Virus record (IMG/VR): IMGVR_UViG_3300009826_000018
Location: 62,001-116,026 of that record
Origin: an uncultured virus (IMG/VR IMGVR_UViG_3300009826_000018)
Taxonomy: Duplodnaviria > Heunggongvirae > Uroviricota > Caudoviricetes
Length of the DNA: 54,026 nt
Direction: 5' to 3' (one strand)
The translations under genes and the position numbers were made by a program. The notes under the pieces are model-generated. The model was not told the DNA's origin. It did not search any database and saw only the letters and a list, made by a program, of their open reading frames with translations. Shown one piece after another: positions 12,001-19,152 of the stretch (positions are counted from its first letter, which is position 1; every line of letters begins with the position of its first letter).

Positions 12001-12323
12001 ACGGTTACAGTTACGTTTCCACCTTGAGAAATCATTCCAGGTCTACTAACATTAAATTGATATTCACCCGGAATAACATTCATTGCCTTGTAGGAACCGT
12101 CAAAATGGTTTACTATCTTTATTTTGCTTGATAGAATTGAAATAGTGGCATCCGTTATTGGATTACCATCTAAATCAGATACGTAAAATGTTATTACGAA
12201 ATCTATGTCGTTAATACTTTGAGCAGAATTGGCGACAACAACAGGCGCATTATCGCTCACAACGCGAGAAAGCACACTGTATTTTTGTGTCGCATGACGA
12301 TTAACAGAAAATTTTGATGCCAT
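1..12323 (-). CDS. Giant (>4100 aa, 3' end outside window) tandem Ig-like (He_PIG-type) repeat protein with two PEGA/carboxypeptidase-regulatory-like domains; probable virion fibre or decoration protein
   Basis: ATG at 12323 (MASKFSVNRHATQKY...). Manual translation at the start, around 9700-10000 and at the left edge (...TNYLYTELGDEYSANIMFEG) stays in one frame. About 46 repeats of ~83 aa with consensus QL-x-GSRPG/GTQG-xWSIxxGxLPxGLxLxxxTGxISGTPTxxGxFxFTVKVxNPCGExxKxIxIxVCxKP. Not every codon was checked for stops. Confidence 0.9.
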   Translation of the reverse strand, partial: MASKFSVNRHATQKYSVLSRVVSDNAPVVVANSAQSINDIDFVITFYVSDLDGNPITDATISILSSKIKIVNHFDGSYKAMNVIPGEYQFNVSRPGMISQGGNVTVTVSDVDVAVQLCEPPSKISSKDIKSIMNEEISEQLTFVGSKPGVWSYVEGTFPRGISIGSDGLISGTPTEFGKYDFTVKVTNPCGELTKKINMYVCAKPTIATSSNLVLPYNEQIMEQLQFSGSGPGTWSVVDGELPTGVTLNGKSGVLSGISTQFGDFHVTLKVVNPCGEVEKDIQITICAEPRITSNDDVKLVMGEEAKVQLTAYGNPGVWSIAEGRLPSGLSLDEEGLITGTPTIFGFFNCTIRVINACGEDFQYLKVYICGKPEVSPENINVVVGEAMTHELQFMGTRPGKWSVAEGELPKGLSLDADTGIISGTPRVFGDFNLKIKVTNPCGEAIKEVGVGACMKPTIISCCSGCDSEFVRGKAVEMQYEVHGSAGVWSVTGGHLPSGLVLDPNTGVISGTPTAGGYFEFNLKFTNACGEVEKCMSIFVCVEPVIRSGDMDFVMGEEKTVELRYEGSRPGIWSISEGVLPKGLTLDSENGTISGTPKVFGDYSFTLKVANHCSEATKDINVSICGKPEITTAGNMNLMLNEGVHILLESNGTKGVWSSEFELPEGLILTADGLLTGKPTESGNFNVQLILTNDCGQTSKNINIFVCSEPEIITGDFSVLQNTPMSKQLMFAGSRPGRWSVVEGNFPWGIQMDNKGVVSGTTTKFGSFSATVKVENYCGEATKVINVKAEQTQKTTFIIKLEDGTPVSDASVKVGDFIVNNNNDGTYVTHLTDGSHEYSVTKTGYEIEDGVVEVRGEDVVVVITLCVFPAILSGDMDFVMGEEKTIQLEASGTTGVWSVQGSLPAGLTLNSVTGEISGTPSVFGEFKITVIMTNPCGSVNKPITIDICGKPEITSSSDMGFVMGEAKSVQLQFVGTEPVTWEVSEGVLPEGLELNTETGVISGVATEFGDFTFTVKAINECGEKEQEINMFVCAKPEVTSSGKFDFVMTEQHSEQLTSFGTQGTWSIVGGTLPAGLSLDAATGIISGNPTVFGDFNITVKVTNDCGEATKEMLIYVCGLPAITSEDMEFVMGDNVSHQLESEGTKGTWVVLSGALPAGLTLSADGVISGVATESGDFSVVIRMTNTCGVARKIFNIFVCAKPQITSANNINFKLDEEVSFQLAYTGTLGRWSVEGDLPNGVTLRPSTGLISGVPTESGNFAITVKVVNPCGEAIQSINIFVCAEPTVIVSNIEFLANVPMSKQLEFSGSRPGRWNIVSGSFPNGVTMSTNGIVSGTPTEIGNFAVTVRVANPCGEDTKEITMFSCAKPVITSGNNIDFVAGEPFAFQLEATGTEGTWAIISGALPEGLTLSANGEISGMTTASGSYKFTVQITNPCGEANKPMDLNVCAKPVVVTGDLDFVQNTPVSHQLRFTGSRPGTWAIVAGNLPLGLALNPNTGVISGMTPEFGEFNFTVEVTNPCGVGSKNINMNTCSKPAIMSGDMSFVINEPGSSLLEQTGTQGVWSIESGALPTGLSLNEVTGEVSGTPTVSGNYSFVVKVTNSCGDASKTINLSICAKPSVVTNDMTLVMGEATTHRLQFAGTRPGEWSIEGTLPTGLVFSAENETISGTPTEFGEFDVILIVKNPCGEASKTINITICARPNIVSDHGDFVMNEAGSVQLEATGTEGTWSIDNGSLPNGLSLSADGVISGTPTVSGTHSFTVKFKNPCGEAIKTILLYICSKPSIISGDMDIVMGDTISHQLLFAGTRPGTWSLDGGAFPTGLSMNDEGLITGRTAEFGEFVVSIKVTNPCGEDVKDITINTCSKPTVTSDNHMSFVMGESGSAILTSSGTAGTWSISSGTLPEGLSLNTDTGEISGTPTVAGGFNFTAKITNPCGEATKNITMAICAKPTVLTGDMGLVMGNPMVQQLEFSGSRPGVWSIEGTLPTGLTFNADTGVIIGTPTVFGDFEFTAKIENACGENSKVININICAKPTILCCAEMNFVKGEAGSAQLESSGTAGLWSIIGTLPEGLTLDAETGIVNGTPVVSGSYSFTIKITNPCGENSQPISIHICEKPMVVSGDMEFVMGNVGLERLVYSGTRPGMWEITAGSLPNGLTMEPETGIVSGTPTEFGEFAFTAKVTNPCGDASKEINVFVCGKPSVTSGSSMGFVMGEAGSAQLTSAGTQGTWSVVDELPAGLTLNADTGLVSGIPTVFGNFVATVKVVNPCGEATQTLDIFICGKPTVTSGDMEFVMGEAASKQLLFDGSRPGTWSVTGNLPTGLSLNTATGVISGTPVEFGIFDVAVKITNTCGEDIKDITIFTCAKPTITSGSSMEFVMGEVGEAQLTSSGTQGVWSISGGSLPEGLTLNGETGVVSGTPAVFGNYKFSVKVVNPCGEATQDIDVFICGKPSVISGDMGFVMGEPSEQTLVFSGSRPGTWEIIDGALPTGFTLNGETGVISGTLSEYGVFPITVKITNPCGDDTKVVNITVCAKPTVTNTSDLNFVMNEYGAEQLTASGTQGVWTIMNGNLPNGLELEGESGIISGTPTVSGTYTITVKIENACGEDARTISIQICAKPEVTSGDMEFVMGEQHSEQMTFSGSRPGTWTIVCGELPTGLTLNPTTGEISGTPTEFGDFSFFVKIENHCGESTKELTIFTCGKPSVTSGSSMSFVMGEDGSAQLTSDGTQGVWSVIEGELPMGLVLDAETGEVYGNPMVFGNFKFTVQVENPCGEAVQNIDMFICGKPAVVSSPYMEFVMGEESSEQLMFSGSRPGTWTIVCGELPAGLELNGETGEIFGTPTVFGDYSFYVKIENPCGEYTKHIDMFVCGKPEVTSGNSISNFVMGEEGYTQLESSGTEGVWSLVDSELPAGLFLEEETGEIYGVPTVFGNFKFTVSVTNPCGDAIQDIDMFICGKPAILNDTEVDFVMDEYNELQLLFSGSRPGTWSLVENSIITYSDETPSLLPAGLSLNTETGLISGIPTEFGNFFFTVKIENPCGEDMKEFDLFICAKPVVTSPNTFETVFDDEISIQLENFGTEGLWSIADGSSLPTGLELDEETGEISGIPTVWGHFKFTVQITNPCGEATQEVNLFICKLPDITSEEFDFILNENSSQQLQFTGSRPGTWEITEGVLPNGLSLDSESGVISGTATEMGEFLFTVVLKNPCGEAEKEISIFVCGKPEVTNPGYFDYVMGDEINLQLTHFGTPGTWSIHEGELPVGLELDIETGLISGIAVEFGNFHLIVKVTNYCGEAYKPIHIFMCGLPNVLTENMGFVMGTQSEQQLLSTGTPGTWKIVAGTLPNNFTLNPNTGVISGTLTEFGDFPITVELTNHCGVATKEVHITVCATPTITSASELEFVMEGRISFQLTNDGTQGEWKIIDGTLPEGLRLNELTGEISGRPREFGDFTFTVKVTNPCGEDTQVINMFMCGLPIITNDHMDFRLNEAGSAKFEQDGTPGTWSIINGALPTGLTLNTETGEVSGTPVVSGHFHFEVKLENSCGEATRIVVIFVCQLPNIIGEIDNFYVVDDNVIQQFQFTGSRPGKWTVIEGELPEGLELDEETGVMSGVPTESGDFTITVQVENACGEATKEVNFTVCLKPTVITEDIEFVLEEESEVQLEVIGSEGTWSIAEGSLPNGLFITAEGVIFGTPTEFGEFSFVAKFVNDCGEDVKLINISICAKPEVQTTSLALVMDEEHPRELRFFGSPGIWSIVEGELPEGLELDEETGWVTGVPTEFGDFDVVVRLENYCGEHEIGLHIYVCGKAEVLTEGVEFVIAEENSQQLESFGTQGTWTITKGVNSWTDLPPGLSLNPETGEITGVPTDWNMFGEFTITVKVENSCSEDEKEIELFVCRKPEVTTNYLYGLLNNEYSANIQYEGTTPDYWSIVDSELPEWAQLEGYVYGLPEGLMLDEFTGEVSGTPLTFGNFLFTVKVENYCGEVEHTIHMFVCAQPTVITPHIEFVIAEENSQQLEAFGTKPATWSITKGVREWTDLPPGLSLNPETGEITGVPSDWAMFGDFTITVKVENSCGEDEREVTMFVCRKPEVTTNYLYTELGDEYSANIMFE
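100..11970 (-). repeat. Coding tandem repeat, ~250 bp unit (~46 copies), with ~500 bp A/B superperiod between about 2830 and 8400
   Basis: 'tcaccacaagg'-like NxC(G/S) codons recur about every 250 bp from ~115 to ~11755: 8 units before the second PEGA domain and 38 after it. Confidence 0.9.
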
Positions 12324-12369
12324 AGTTATTATTATTTTTTTAGCCTATTAGGAACTATTATTTTTATTT

Positions 12370-12383
12370 TATAAATAAATAGT
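12370..12383 (-). promoter_or_regulatory. Putative late promoter (ACTATTTAT) for the giant Ig protein
   Basis: Plus-strand tataaataaatagt about 50 nt upstream of ATG 12323; the same motif precedes every minus-strand unit. Confidence 0.6.
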
Positions 12384-12447
12384 ATTGATTTATATTTTGA
12401 ATGACATTAAAATCACAGTCACATTTTTAAAAATAACGGAAATAAAG

Positions 12448-12456
12448 TATATTTAC
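12448..12456 (+). promoter_or_regulatory. Putative early/middle promoter TATATTTAC (variant of the Bacteroidota -7 element)
   Basis: About 24 nt upstream of the helicase ATG; an identical 9-mer lies upstream of dnaJ. Confidence 0.45.
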
Positions 12457-12479
12457 GATAAGAATAATAAAATAATAAT

Positions 12480-13958
12480 ATGCAATCACTTACCAATCAG
12501 GGGGTTAATACACCAAAGAGTAAAAAACCGGCTACGAAACCGGAAAGGGGTCTTTACGATGACGAATTTCAAAAAAGACTAATCAAAATTTTAATCGAAG
12601 AAAGAGATAAGTTCAAGAACGATATGCAGTATATCAATCAGAACGCTTTCACAAACACATCATATAAATTAATATCAGGAACAATCAAAGATTATGTCTT
12701 TGAATATGATTATGTTCCTTCGTATGATTTACTAAACTCACTACTATCCTCTAAAATATCTGATGATATTGATTTGGAATTAACATTAGAATCACTCAAA
12801 GAAATAAGAGAACTCGACAGTGAGGGTTTGGTGTGGGTTAGAAAAGAAGCAATAGATTTCTTCAAGCGACAGGAATTAGTCAAGTTTTTCAATATGCAAT
12901 TGGAAGATTTGAAAAATGGTATTGACATAACATCGAGAGATTTACAAGGGGATATTGGAAAGATACAATCAATTGGAACACATGATACAATTTTCAGCGG
13001 GGTATATGATGATTTAGAAGAAACTTTTGAACCACAAAGCATAGTCCGTATTCCAACCACTTGTAAAGAAATAGATGAGTATCTTCAAGGCGGAATTATA
13101 AAACCAAATCTTGTTGTTGTGGCGGCTGGTAGTGGTGTTGGTAAAACAACAATATCTAGTGCACTTGCTCATGGTGCAGCCATTTCCGATTTTAAGGTGT
13201 TACAGGTGTTCTTCGAGGATAAAGTACCCGCTATTAAACGAAAAATCTTTGGTGCAATAACCGAAATTGAAGCACGACTTATCAATACGGAAGAATATTC
13301 GGAAAGAGCAAAACAACTTGCTCTCAATTACGAACACAAAGACCTTGTTAAGAAAAACATAAAATTAGCTAAATTTAGAAATGGTGAAGTAACACCAAAT
13401 ATGCTTAAACAATATGTGTTGGGGTTGATAAATAGTGGGTTTAAACCCGATATGATTATAATAGACTATTTTGAATGTATGGCGAATCCTATTGATAGAA
13501 CCATACAAAATGAATGGAAGTTGGAAACCAAAAAAATGAGGGAAATAGAAAACCTATGTACCGATTTTGACTGTGCTATTGTTGTTACAACACAAGGAAC
13601 AAAGGATAGTATGGAAGGTATGTTATTAACTATGAATAAAATTGGTGGTTCGGCAGGTAAAGTTCAAGTCGGACACATGGTAATAACCCTAAACAGAACA
13701 CAAAAAGACGCTGACGAAAATAGAGCAGAACTTTTTATCCCCAAAAATCGAGAAGGAAAAGCAGGTAGAATATTTAGTCTACATCTTAATAATGGTATAC
13801 CAAAATTGGTAGTAGATAGTACCTTTGAAAGCATTGAAGTACTTAAAGCAAAACAAAAACAAGATGCTCACGATATGCCGCCGCCCGAAGTTGAATATAC
13901 AAAAAGGGCAATTGATAGAATAAATAAAAAATACGATAAAACCAACGAATATGATTGA
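12480..13958 (+). CDS. dnaB: DnaB/T4 gp41-like replicative helicase
   Basis: Walker A AAGSGVGKTT, FFED, Walker B IIIDY, TTQ and KNREG motifs. Confidence 0.9.
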   Translation: MQSLTNQGVNTPKSKKPATKPERGLYDDEFQKRLIKILIEERDKFKNDMQYINQNAFTNTSYKLISGTIKDYVFEYDYVPSYDLLNSLLSSKISDDIDLELTLESLKEIRELDSEGLVWVRKEAIDFFKRQELVKFFNMQLEDLKNGIDITSRDLQGDIGKIQSIGTHDTIFSGVYDDLEETFEPQSIVRIPTTCKEIDEYLQGGIIKPNLVVVAAGSGVGKTTISSALAHGAAISDFKVLQVFFEDKVPAIKRKIFGAITEIEARLINTEEYSERAKQLALNYEHKDLVKKNIKLAKFRNGEVTPNMLKQYVLGLINSGFKPDMIIIDYFECMANPIDRTIQNEWKLETKKMREIENLCTDFDCAIVVTTQGTKDSMEGMLLTMNKIGGSAGKVQVGHMVITLNRTQKDADENRAELFIPKNREGKAGRIFSLHLNNGIPKLVVDSTFESIEVLKAKQKQDAHDMPPPEVEYTKRAIDRINKKYDKTNEYD

Positions 13959-16656
13959 TAAAGTAGACATTTCAAGACAATCGAAAATTAAGGTGGTGTG
14001 GAACACATATTCACACCTATACACAAAGGACATTGAAAAGCAAATCATAAATGCTTTCAGTAAAAAATATAATATTCCGAAAACATCTATAAAGGTTGAA
14101 CCAAAAGTTAAAGTTGTTGACGAACAAGGAAACGAAATATCTGTAAAAACAGAAGTTATTGATAATATCCACGACCCGAACTTCCAAAAGAAATTATTTC
14201 AAGAGTTTATCAGGATAAACAATATCGAAAACATAGATTTCAACCAAATAAATATTATTGATGATGAAATTAATGAGAGTATTGACTATAATCAATACGC
14301 TAAATTCAATAAAATCACCGTCAAATGGATAGAAGTTAAGAACTTTTTATCGTTTGGACCCGAATTAACACGTTTGGATTTAACCGAATTAAGTGGATTA
14401 GTTCTTATTGCCGGTGAACCCGCAAACCAAGCAGGAAAATCAGTATTAACCGGTGATGCTATTCGATATTTACTATATGGTAAAACCAATAGAACAAATT
14501 CCCAAGACACCATATTCAATAGATTTCTTAAACAAGAAACAGAAGTTATTGTGCGTGGTTGTATCGCCATTAATGGGGAAGAATTTGTTATAGAAAGGAA
14601 ATTAACAAGGGCAAAAAAGAGAACAAAAACCTCAAAAGCAAGTGGTACAGTTCAATACTTTAAAGTTATTGATAAGTTTTGGGACCCCGAAAAACCGTTG
14701 GAAGATTACGATCCTGATACATTTGATAATAAATCGGGTGACGTTAGAAACACTAATAAGGTTATCAAAGAATCTCTTATGAAAGAAGATGATTTTAACC
14801 TTATTACAACAGCAAACGCTAAAACGTTAGACGGTCTAATTGATACCGGTGAAGCAGGATTATCCAAATTGTTCTCACGTTGGATTGGTTTATCCGTTGT
14901 CGAAGATAAAGAAGTTATTGCGAAAAGTTTGTTTAAGGAAAAAAGTAAAAACTTCTTATCCAACCAACATTCAACCGACCAACTTCAACAAACTAATATT
15001 GAACTCAACGATAATATTACAAATGGTCGTGAAATGTTAGTTAAATTTAATGAAAATCTCACTTCACAAAATAAAGCGATAGTTGATTTAACAAAAGCAA
15101 AGGAAGCGTTGATAGCAAGTAAGGGTGTGGTTGATGAAAAAATTGTTAAACTTGATTTTGAAACACAGGAAAAACGTAAAGCGGAAATCGTTGAACAAGG
15201 TAAAAATCTTCGTCTCCAAGAAAAAGAATTTTCGGATAAAGTTACCGAATTGAAAGATGTTATTATTACGGTAGATAAAAATGTTATTGAAAAGAATAGA
15301 CAAAATATAACACAAACTAATGATCAACATAATAAGTTAATTAGTGAAACCAAAGACTATCATAATAAACTCATCACTAACATTAAAGAAGGGCATAGTT
15401 CAAACATTGCAAATATAAAAGAAAAAGCAAATAATCAAATATTACCATTAGTCAGTGATATTGCAACCATAAAAGCAACTCACGCAGCATTAAAAGAAGA
15501 AAATGTGAAGTTAGACGGTAGTAGGGTTTGCCCAACTTGTAAGCGTTCTTATGATGCCGATGTTTTGAAAAATATTAATGATACCATAAAATCAAATTCC
15601 GAAAAAATGGAAAAATTGAAACAAGAAGGTATTGTTAAAAATAAAAACAAAGAAATAATCGAAAAAGAATGTACTGATACAATTGCGAAGGCTGAGTTGG
15701 AAATAAAAACAAGACTTGAAAAAGCGGAGACTGATATGAAAAATATTATTCTTCAAATGGAAAAGGAACAAAAAGATACCATTGATAAACTCACAAAAGA
15801 AAATCAAGAGTTAATTGATAAGTTGGAGTTGGAAACAAAACAGATTGACGAGCGCAACAGGTGGGAATTGAAACTATCCCAAACAAGAGTTGAAATTCAA
15901 AAATCTCTGAACGATTACAATGAAGTTGATAAATTACTCAAAGAATATGTCGCTAACAAAGAAACCATACAGAAAAATATGGAACTCGACATACAAGTTG
16001 GTAATATGAATATCCGAATTAAAACCGAAGAGGAAATCAAAGAAAATATTATAAAAGAAATATCCAAAGTACAGAATAATATTGATATTTGTGAAAAACA
16101 AGTTAAGGTGAACACCGAATTGATTGGTAAATTATATATAGAAAATGAATATATAAAACACCATCAATTATTGATTTCCCTACTATCGAAAGACGGTATT
16201 AAAAAACTTGTGCTGCGCAATATAATTCCATTAATCAATAGTAATCTGAATAATCTTCTGAATGACCTTACAGATTTTAGTGTGGAAATTATAATAGATG
16301 AAAAGAATAATGTGAATTTTAATATTATAAAAGAAGATGATAATGGGGAAATTGAAAGCGGCAACCTAAAAAGCGCAAGTGGATTTGAACGTACTATGAG
16401 TTCATTGGCATTGCGCTCTACATTAGTGAAATATGGTGCAATACCTCTTATTGATTTTTGTGTTCTTGACGAAATTACGGCGTGTGTTTCCCCACATAAT
16501 TATCATTTACTATATGAATTATTTCAAAGGTTTAATGATAACTATTCAACTGTTTTTGTTATTTCACATTCAGACGATTTCAATAGTTTCTTTGAAAAAA
16601 TGATAACAGTTAAAAAAGAAAAAAATGTTAGTAGAATAATAAAGAATAAAATATAA
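13951..16656 (+). CDS. sbcC: SbcC/Rad50/gp46-like SMC ATPase with N-terminal extension
   Basis: KNFLSFG, Walker A GEPANQAGKS, long coiled coil with CPTC zinc hook, signature SASGFE, Walker B VLDE, H-loop ISH. Confidence 0.9.
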   Translation: MIDKVDISRQSKIKVVWNTYSHLYTKDIEKQIINAFSKKYNIPKTSIKVEPKVKVVDEQGNEISVKTEVIDNIHDPNFQKKLFQEFIRINNIENIDFNQINIIDDEINESIDYNQYAKFNKITVKWIEVKNFLSFGPELTRLDLTELSGLVLIAGEPANQAGKSVLTGDAIRYLLYGKTNRTNSQDTIFNRFLKQETEVIVRGCIAINGEEFVIERKLTRAKKRTKTSKASGTVQYFKVIDKFWDPEKPLEDYDPDTFDNKSGDVRNTNKVIKESLMKEDDFNLITTANAKTLDGLIDTGEAGLSKLFSRWIGLSVVEDKEVIAKSLFKEKSKNFLSNQHSTDQLQQTNIELNDNITNGREMLVKFNENLTSQNKAIVDLTKAKEALIASKGVVDEKIVKLDFETQEKRKAEIVEQGKNLRLQEKEFSDKVTELKDVIITVDKNVIEKNRQNITQTNDQHNKLISETKDYHNKLITNIKEGHSSNIANIKEKANNQILPLVSDIATIKATHAALKEENVKLDGSRVCPTCKRSYDADVLKNINDTIKSNSEKMEKLKQEGIVKNKNKEIIEKECTDTIAKAELEIKTRLEKAETDMKNIILQMEKEQKDTIDKLTKENQELIDKLELETKQIDERNRWELKLSQTRVEIQKSLNDYNEVDKLLKEYVANKETIQKNMELDIQVGNMNIRIKTEEEIKENIIKEISKVQNNIDICEKQVKVNTELIGKLYIENEYIKHHQLLISLLSKDGIKKLVLRNIIPLINSNLNNLLNDLTDFSVEIIIDEKNNVNFNIIKEDDNGEIESGNLKSASGFERTMSSLALRSTLVKYGAIPLIDFCVLDEITACVSPHNYHLLYELFQRFNDNYSTVFVISHSDDFNSFFEKMITVKKEKNVSRIIKNKI

Positions 16657-16661
16657 AAAGT

Positions 16662-16973
16662 ATGTATATAACAGTAGATATAAATAATTATGCGTGTATA
16701 TTACTCCTAATTCTATTTAGTGGGTATATTCTATATAAAATTTTTCAAAAAAAGAAAACAAAGTTGTTATCTTATGAAATGGAAGATTTGTTGATAAATT
16801 CGTGGATTTTGAAAGTAGAAGAATCTTATTTCTTCGGAATGATTAAGATAACAAAAAAATTCAGATTTAAAATTCCGATAAATTCTGATATTGATGATTA
16901 TTTAAGGCATTGGGATCAGATAATTGAAGGTAAATATCAAATAGGTTTAACAAATAGCGAAGAAGTAAAATGA
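16662..16973 (+). CDS. Small hypothetical membrane protein
   Basis: N-terminal hydrophobic helix followed by a lysine run; tight operon spacing. Confidence 0.6.
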   Translation: MYITVDINNYACILLLILFSGYILYKIFQKKKTKLLSYEMEDLLINSWILKVEESYFFGMIKITKKFRFKIPINSDIDDYLRHWDQIIEGKYQIGLTNSEEVK

Positions 16974-17383
16974 AAAAAGTAGTTAGATTTAGTGTTTTTG
17001 AAACAAATAGTAGTAGTTCGCACAGTTTCACTGTTGGTCCCCTAATAATAGCAGAAGGTTTTGAACAAAAAGCGTGTTATTTATTGGGTTCTTTATTTGC
17101 TTGGGTGGAAATGGATATGGAAGAAACAGAAATATTCAAACTTATACAACGGTTAAAACCGGATTTTGAATATGACCCAAATATCTTTGACAATAGAGCG
17201 GAAGATTTTGATTGTGCATTAAATAACGATTTTTTATATAAAAGGTTTAGACCATCATATAGTTTTCCTAATGATAAACTTGAAGCAACAATAATTGCTT
17301 GTAGTGATTGGAAAATAAATGAAAACGTTAAAGAATATTTAAGAGATGATTCTGTAATTTATTCAGATGGATTTGGAAGATAA
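16970..17383 (+). CDS. Hypothetical protein with N-terminal FETNSSSSHS motif
   Basis: ATGA overlap with the upstream gene; the motif is one I recall from other large-phage hypotheticals. Confidence 0.7.
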   Translation: MKKVVRFSVFETNSSSSHSFTVGPLIIAEGFEQKACYLLGSLFAWVEMDMEETEIFKLIQRLKPDFEYDPNIFDNRAEDFDCALNNDFLYKRFRPSYSFPNDKLEATIIACSDWKINENVKEYLRDDSVIYSDGFGR

Positions 17384-17398
17384 TAATAACATAACAAT

Positions 17399-18280
17399 AT
17401 GGTAAAGAAAATAATAATGATAGCGGACATACATATCAAATGTAACCGCTTACACGAAGAATATCAAGAGGTTTTAACAAACTTCATAGAAGATATTAAA
17501 CCAATATGTGATGAAGAAACATTGATATTGGTGGCGGGTGATATTGTGGATAATTTCGTTAATATTTCTAACGAATTGGAAATAATTGTATCATGGTTCC
17601 TCAAAGAATTGGATAAAATATGTCCTACTATTGTAATAGCAGGTAATCACGATTGCACACGCGGTAATTTAACCAAGACTGACACATTAACACCAATATT
17701 CAAAATGGTGGATTTCCGTCAGACACGGTTTTTAGACATGGAATTAGAATATAAATCAGGTATCATTGAATACGATAATAAGTTTTCTTTTGCTGTTTAT
17801 AGTCTTTTTGATGGGTATAGAGAACCCGATATAAAAACATATAAGAAAAACAACCCCGATAAGGTTGTAATTGGATTATTTCACGGTGCACTTGTAGGAA
17901 GTAAAACCCCAATCGGTTTCACAATGGAAAAGGGGAGTAATTCAAACATATTCGGAGATTGCGACTTGGTATTGGCGGGGGATATTCACATGCCCCAAAC
18001 AATAATATTAAAGAATAATACTGAAACTATATTGAGACAAGAAAAACAATTCCCATTAAAGTTTCATTATTCGGGAAGTCTTATTCCCCAAAATTACGGT
18101 GAAAAAATTGATGGTCATGGGTACTCAATAATAACACCAATTTGGTATCTAAATGGCGATAGAGTACCGGAGTTTAAAATAGAACACGTAGAAGTGGAAA
18201 ACCCATACAAACTATATTCTTTTGAAGTAAACAGTTTGGAAGATATAGAAAATAATTTGGAATCATTAACCAATAAATGA
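17399..18280 (+). CDS. sbcD: SbcD/Mre11/gp47-like metallophosphoesterase nuclease
   Basis: ADIH, AGDIVD, AGNHD, FHG, AGDIH and YSGS motifs. Confidence 0.9.
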   Translation: MVKKIIMIADIHIKCNRLHEEYQEVLTNFIEDIKPICDEETLILVAGDIVDNFVNISNELEIIVSWFLKELDKICPTIVIAGNHDCTRGNLTKTDTLTPIFKMVDFRQTRFLDMELEYKSGIIEYDNKFSFAVYSLFDGYREPDIKTYKKNNPDKVVIGLFHGALVGSKTPIGFTMEKGSNSNIFGDCDLVLAGDIHMPQTIILKNNTETILRQEKQFPLKFHYSGSLIPQNYGEKIDGHGYSIITPIWYLNGDRVPEFKIEHVEVENPYKLYSFEVNSLEDIENNLESLTNK

Positions 18281-18816
18281 CAAAGATAAATGATTATAAA
18301 GAAGATTTTAAATTCGCAAATAACCCAATAACTCAAAAACAATTAGATCAAGTATATAAAGAAGTCTTTTTTCCAACATTAAAAGAAATAGAACTTATTG
18401 AAGATAAAAAAAGACAGTTTGAATTAGGTATAGATAAAATAATACACTTTGATTGTAATAATTATATTACGTTAGAAGAAAAAATGCGTAGAAGCGCATA
18501 TAACGATATATTAATCGAAAGATACCATATTGATAACAATGGTAAGAAAACAGCAGGTTGGTTATATAAAACCCGATGTGATATTCTTTCCTACTCAATA
18601 TGCCCAAACGATATACTTGAAACACTATATTTAATACCATTTGTTTCATTGAGAATGGCATGGGAAAATAATCGGAAAGAGTGGGAAACCAAGTTTCAAA
18701 TAAAAGGTGCTAATAATCGCACCCACATTACATATAACACCCCAATACCGATTAATGTCCTAACAAAAGAAATTCGAGATTTGAAAGTTTGGAAAAAAAA
18801 TGTAGGTTTGTTATAA
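18277..18816 (+). CDS. Putative PD-(D/E)xK nuclease-like protein
   Basis: GID...LEEK.R...DILIE...GWL...CD pattern typical of phage restriction-endonuclease-like folds. Confidence 0.55.
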   Translation: MTKINDYKEDFKFANNPITQKQLDQVYKEVFFPTLKEIELIEDKKRQFELGIDKIIHFDCNNYITLEEKMRRSAYNDILIERYHIDNNGKKTAGWLYKTRCDILSYSICPNDILETLYLIPFVSLRMAWENNRKEWETKFQIKGANNRTHITYNTPIPINVLTKEIRDLKVWKKNVGLL

Positions 18817-18842
18817 ATAACATAATAATAAAAATAATAATC

Positions 18843-19133
18843 ATGGTATTAGAATTAAAAACCAAAGAAGCAAAAATCGAATATGAAATATATAGACGTT
18901 TGTTTGCTGCATCAACACCACCAGGTGATTTTGACGAATTGGTTGCCAACGCAACAATAGACGAAAAGGGACAACGCCACATACCATTTATGGATTATGA
19001 AATAAGTCATAATGATATGGATGCTATTATTGACGCTGTTATGAAAGAATACAAAGTCAAGAAAAGTATGCGAGGTGTGTACAAAACAAGAGTTTATTTG
19101 GGTTGTTCACCAAAAAGTAAAGTCGAAAAATAA
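18843..19133 (+). CDS. Hypothetical protein
   Basis: ORF in operon; start re-assigned to ATG 18843 after an AT-rich leader. Confidence 0.65.
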   Translation: MVLELKTKEAKIEYEIYRRLFAASTPPGDFDELVANATIDEKGQRHIPFMDYEISHNDMDAIIDAVMKEYKVKKSMRGVYKTRVYLGCSPKSKVEK

Positions 19134-19152
19134 TCTAAAAAAAAATTGATAT

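Noticed and set aside
142..12131. Dozens of plus-strand ORFs with repetitive SPQG/VPLI motifs
   Set aside because: They are antisense shadows of the giant minus-strand Ig-repeat gene; that frame is continuous where checked and gives a recognisable fold.
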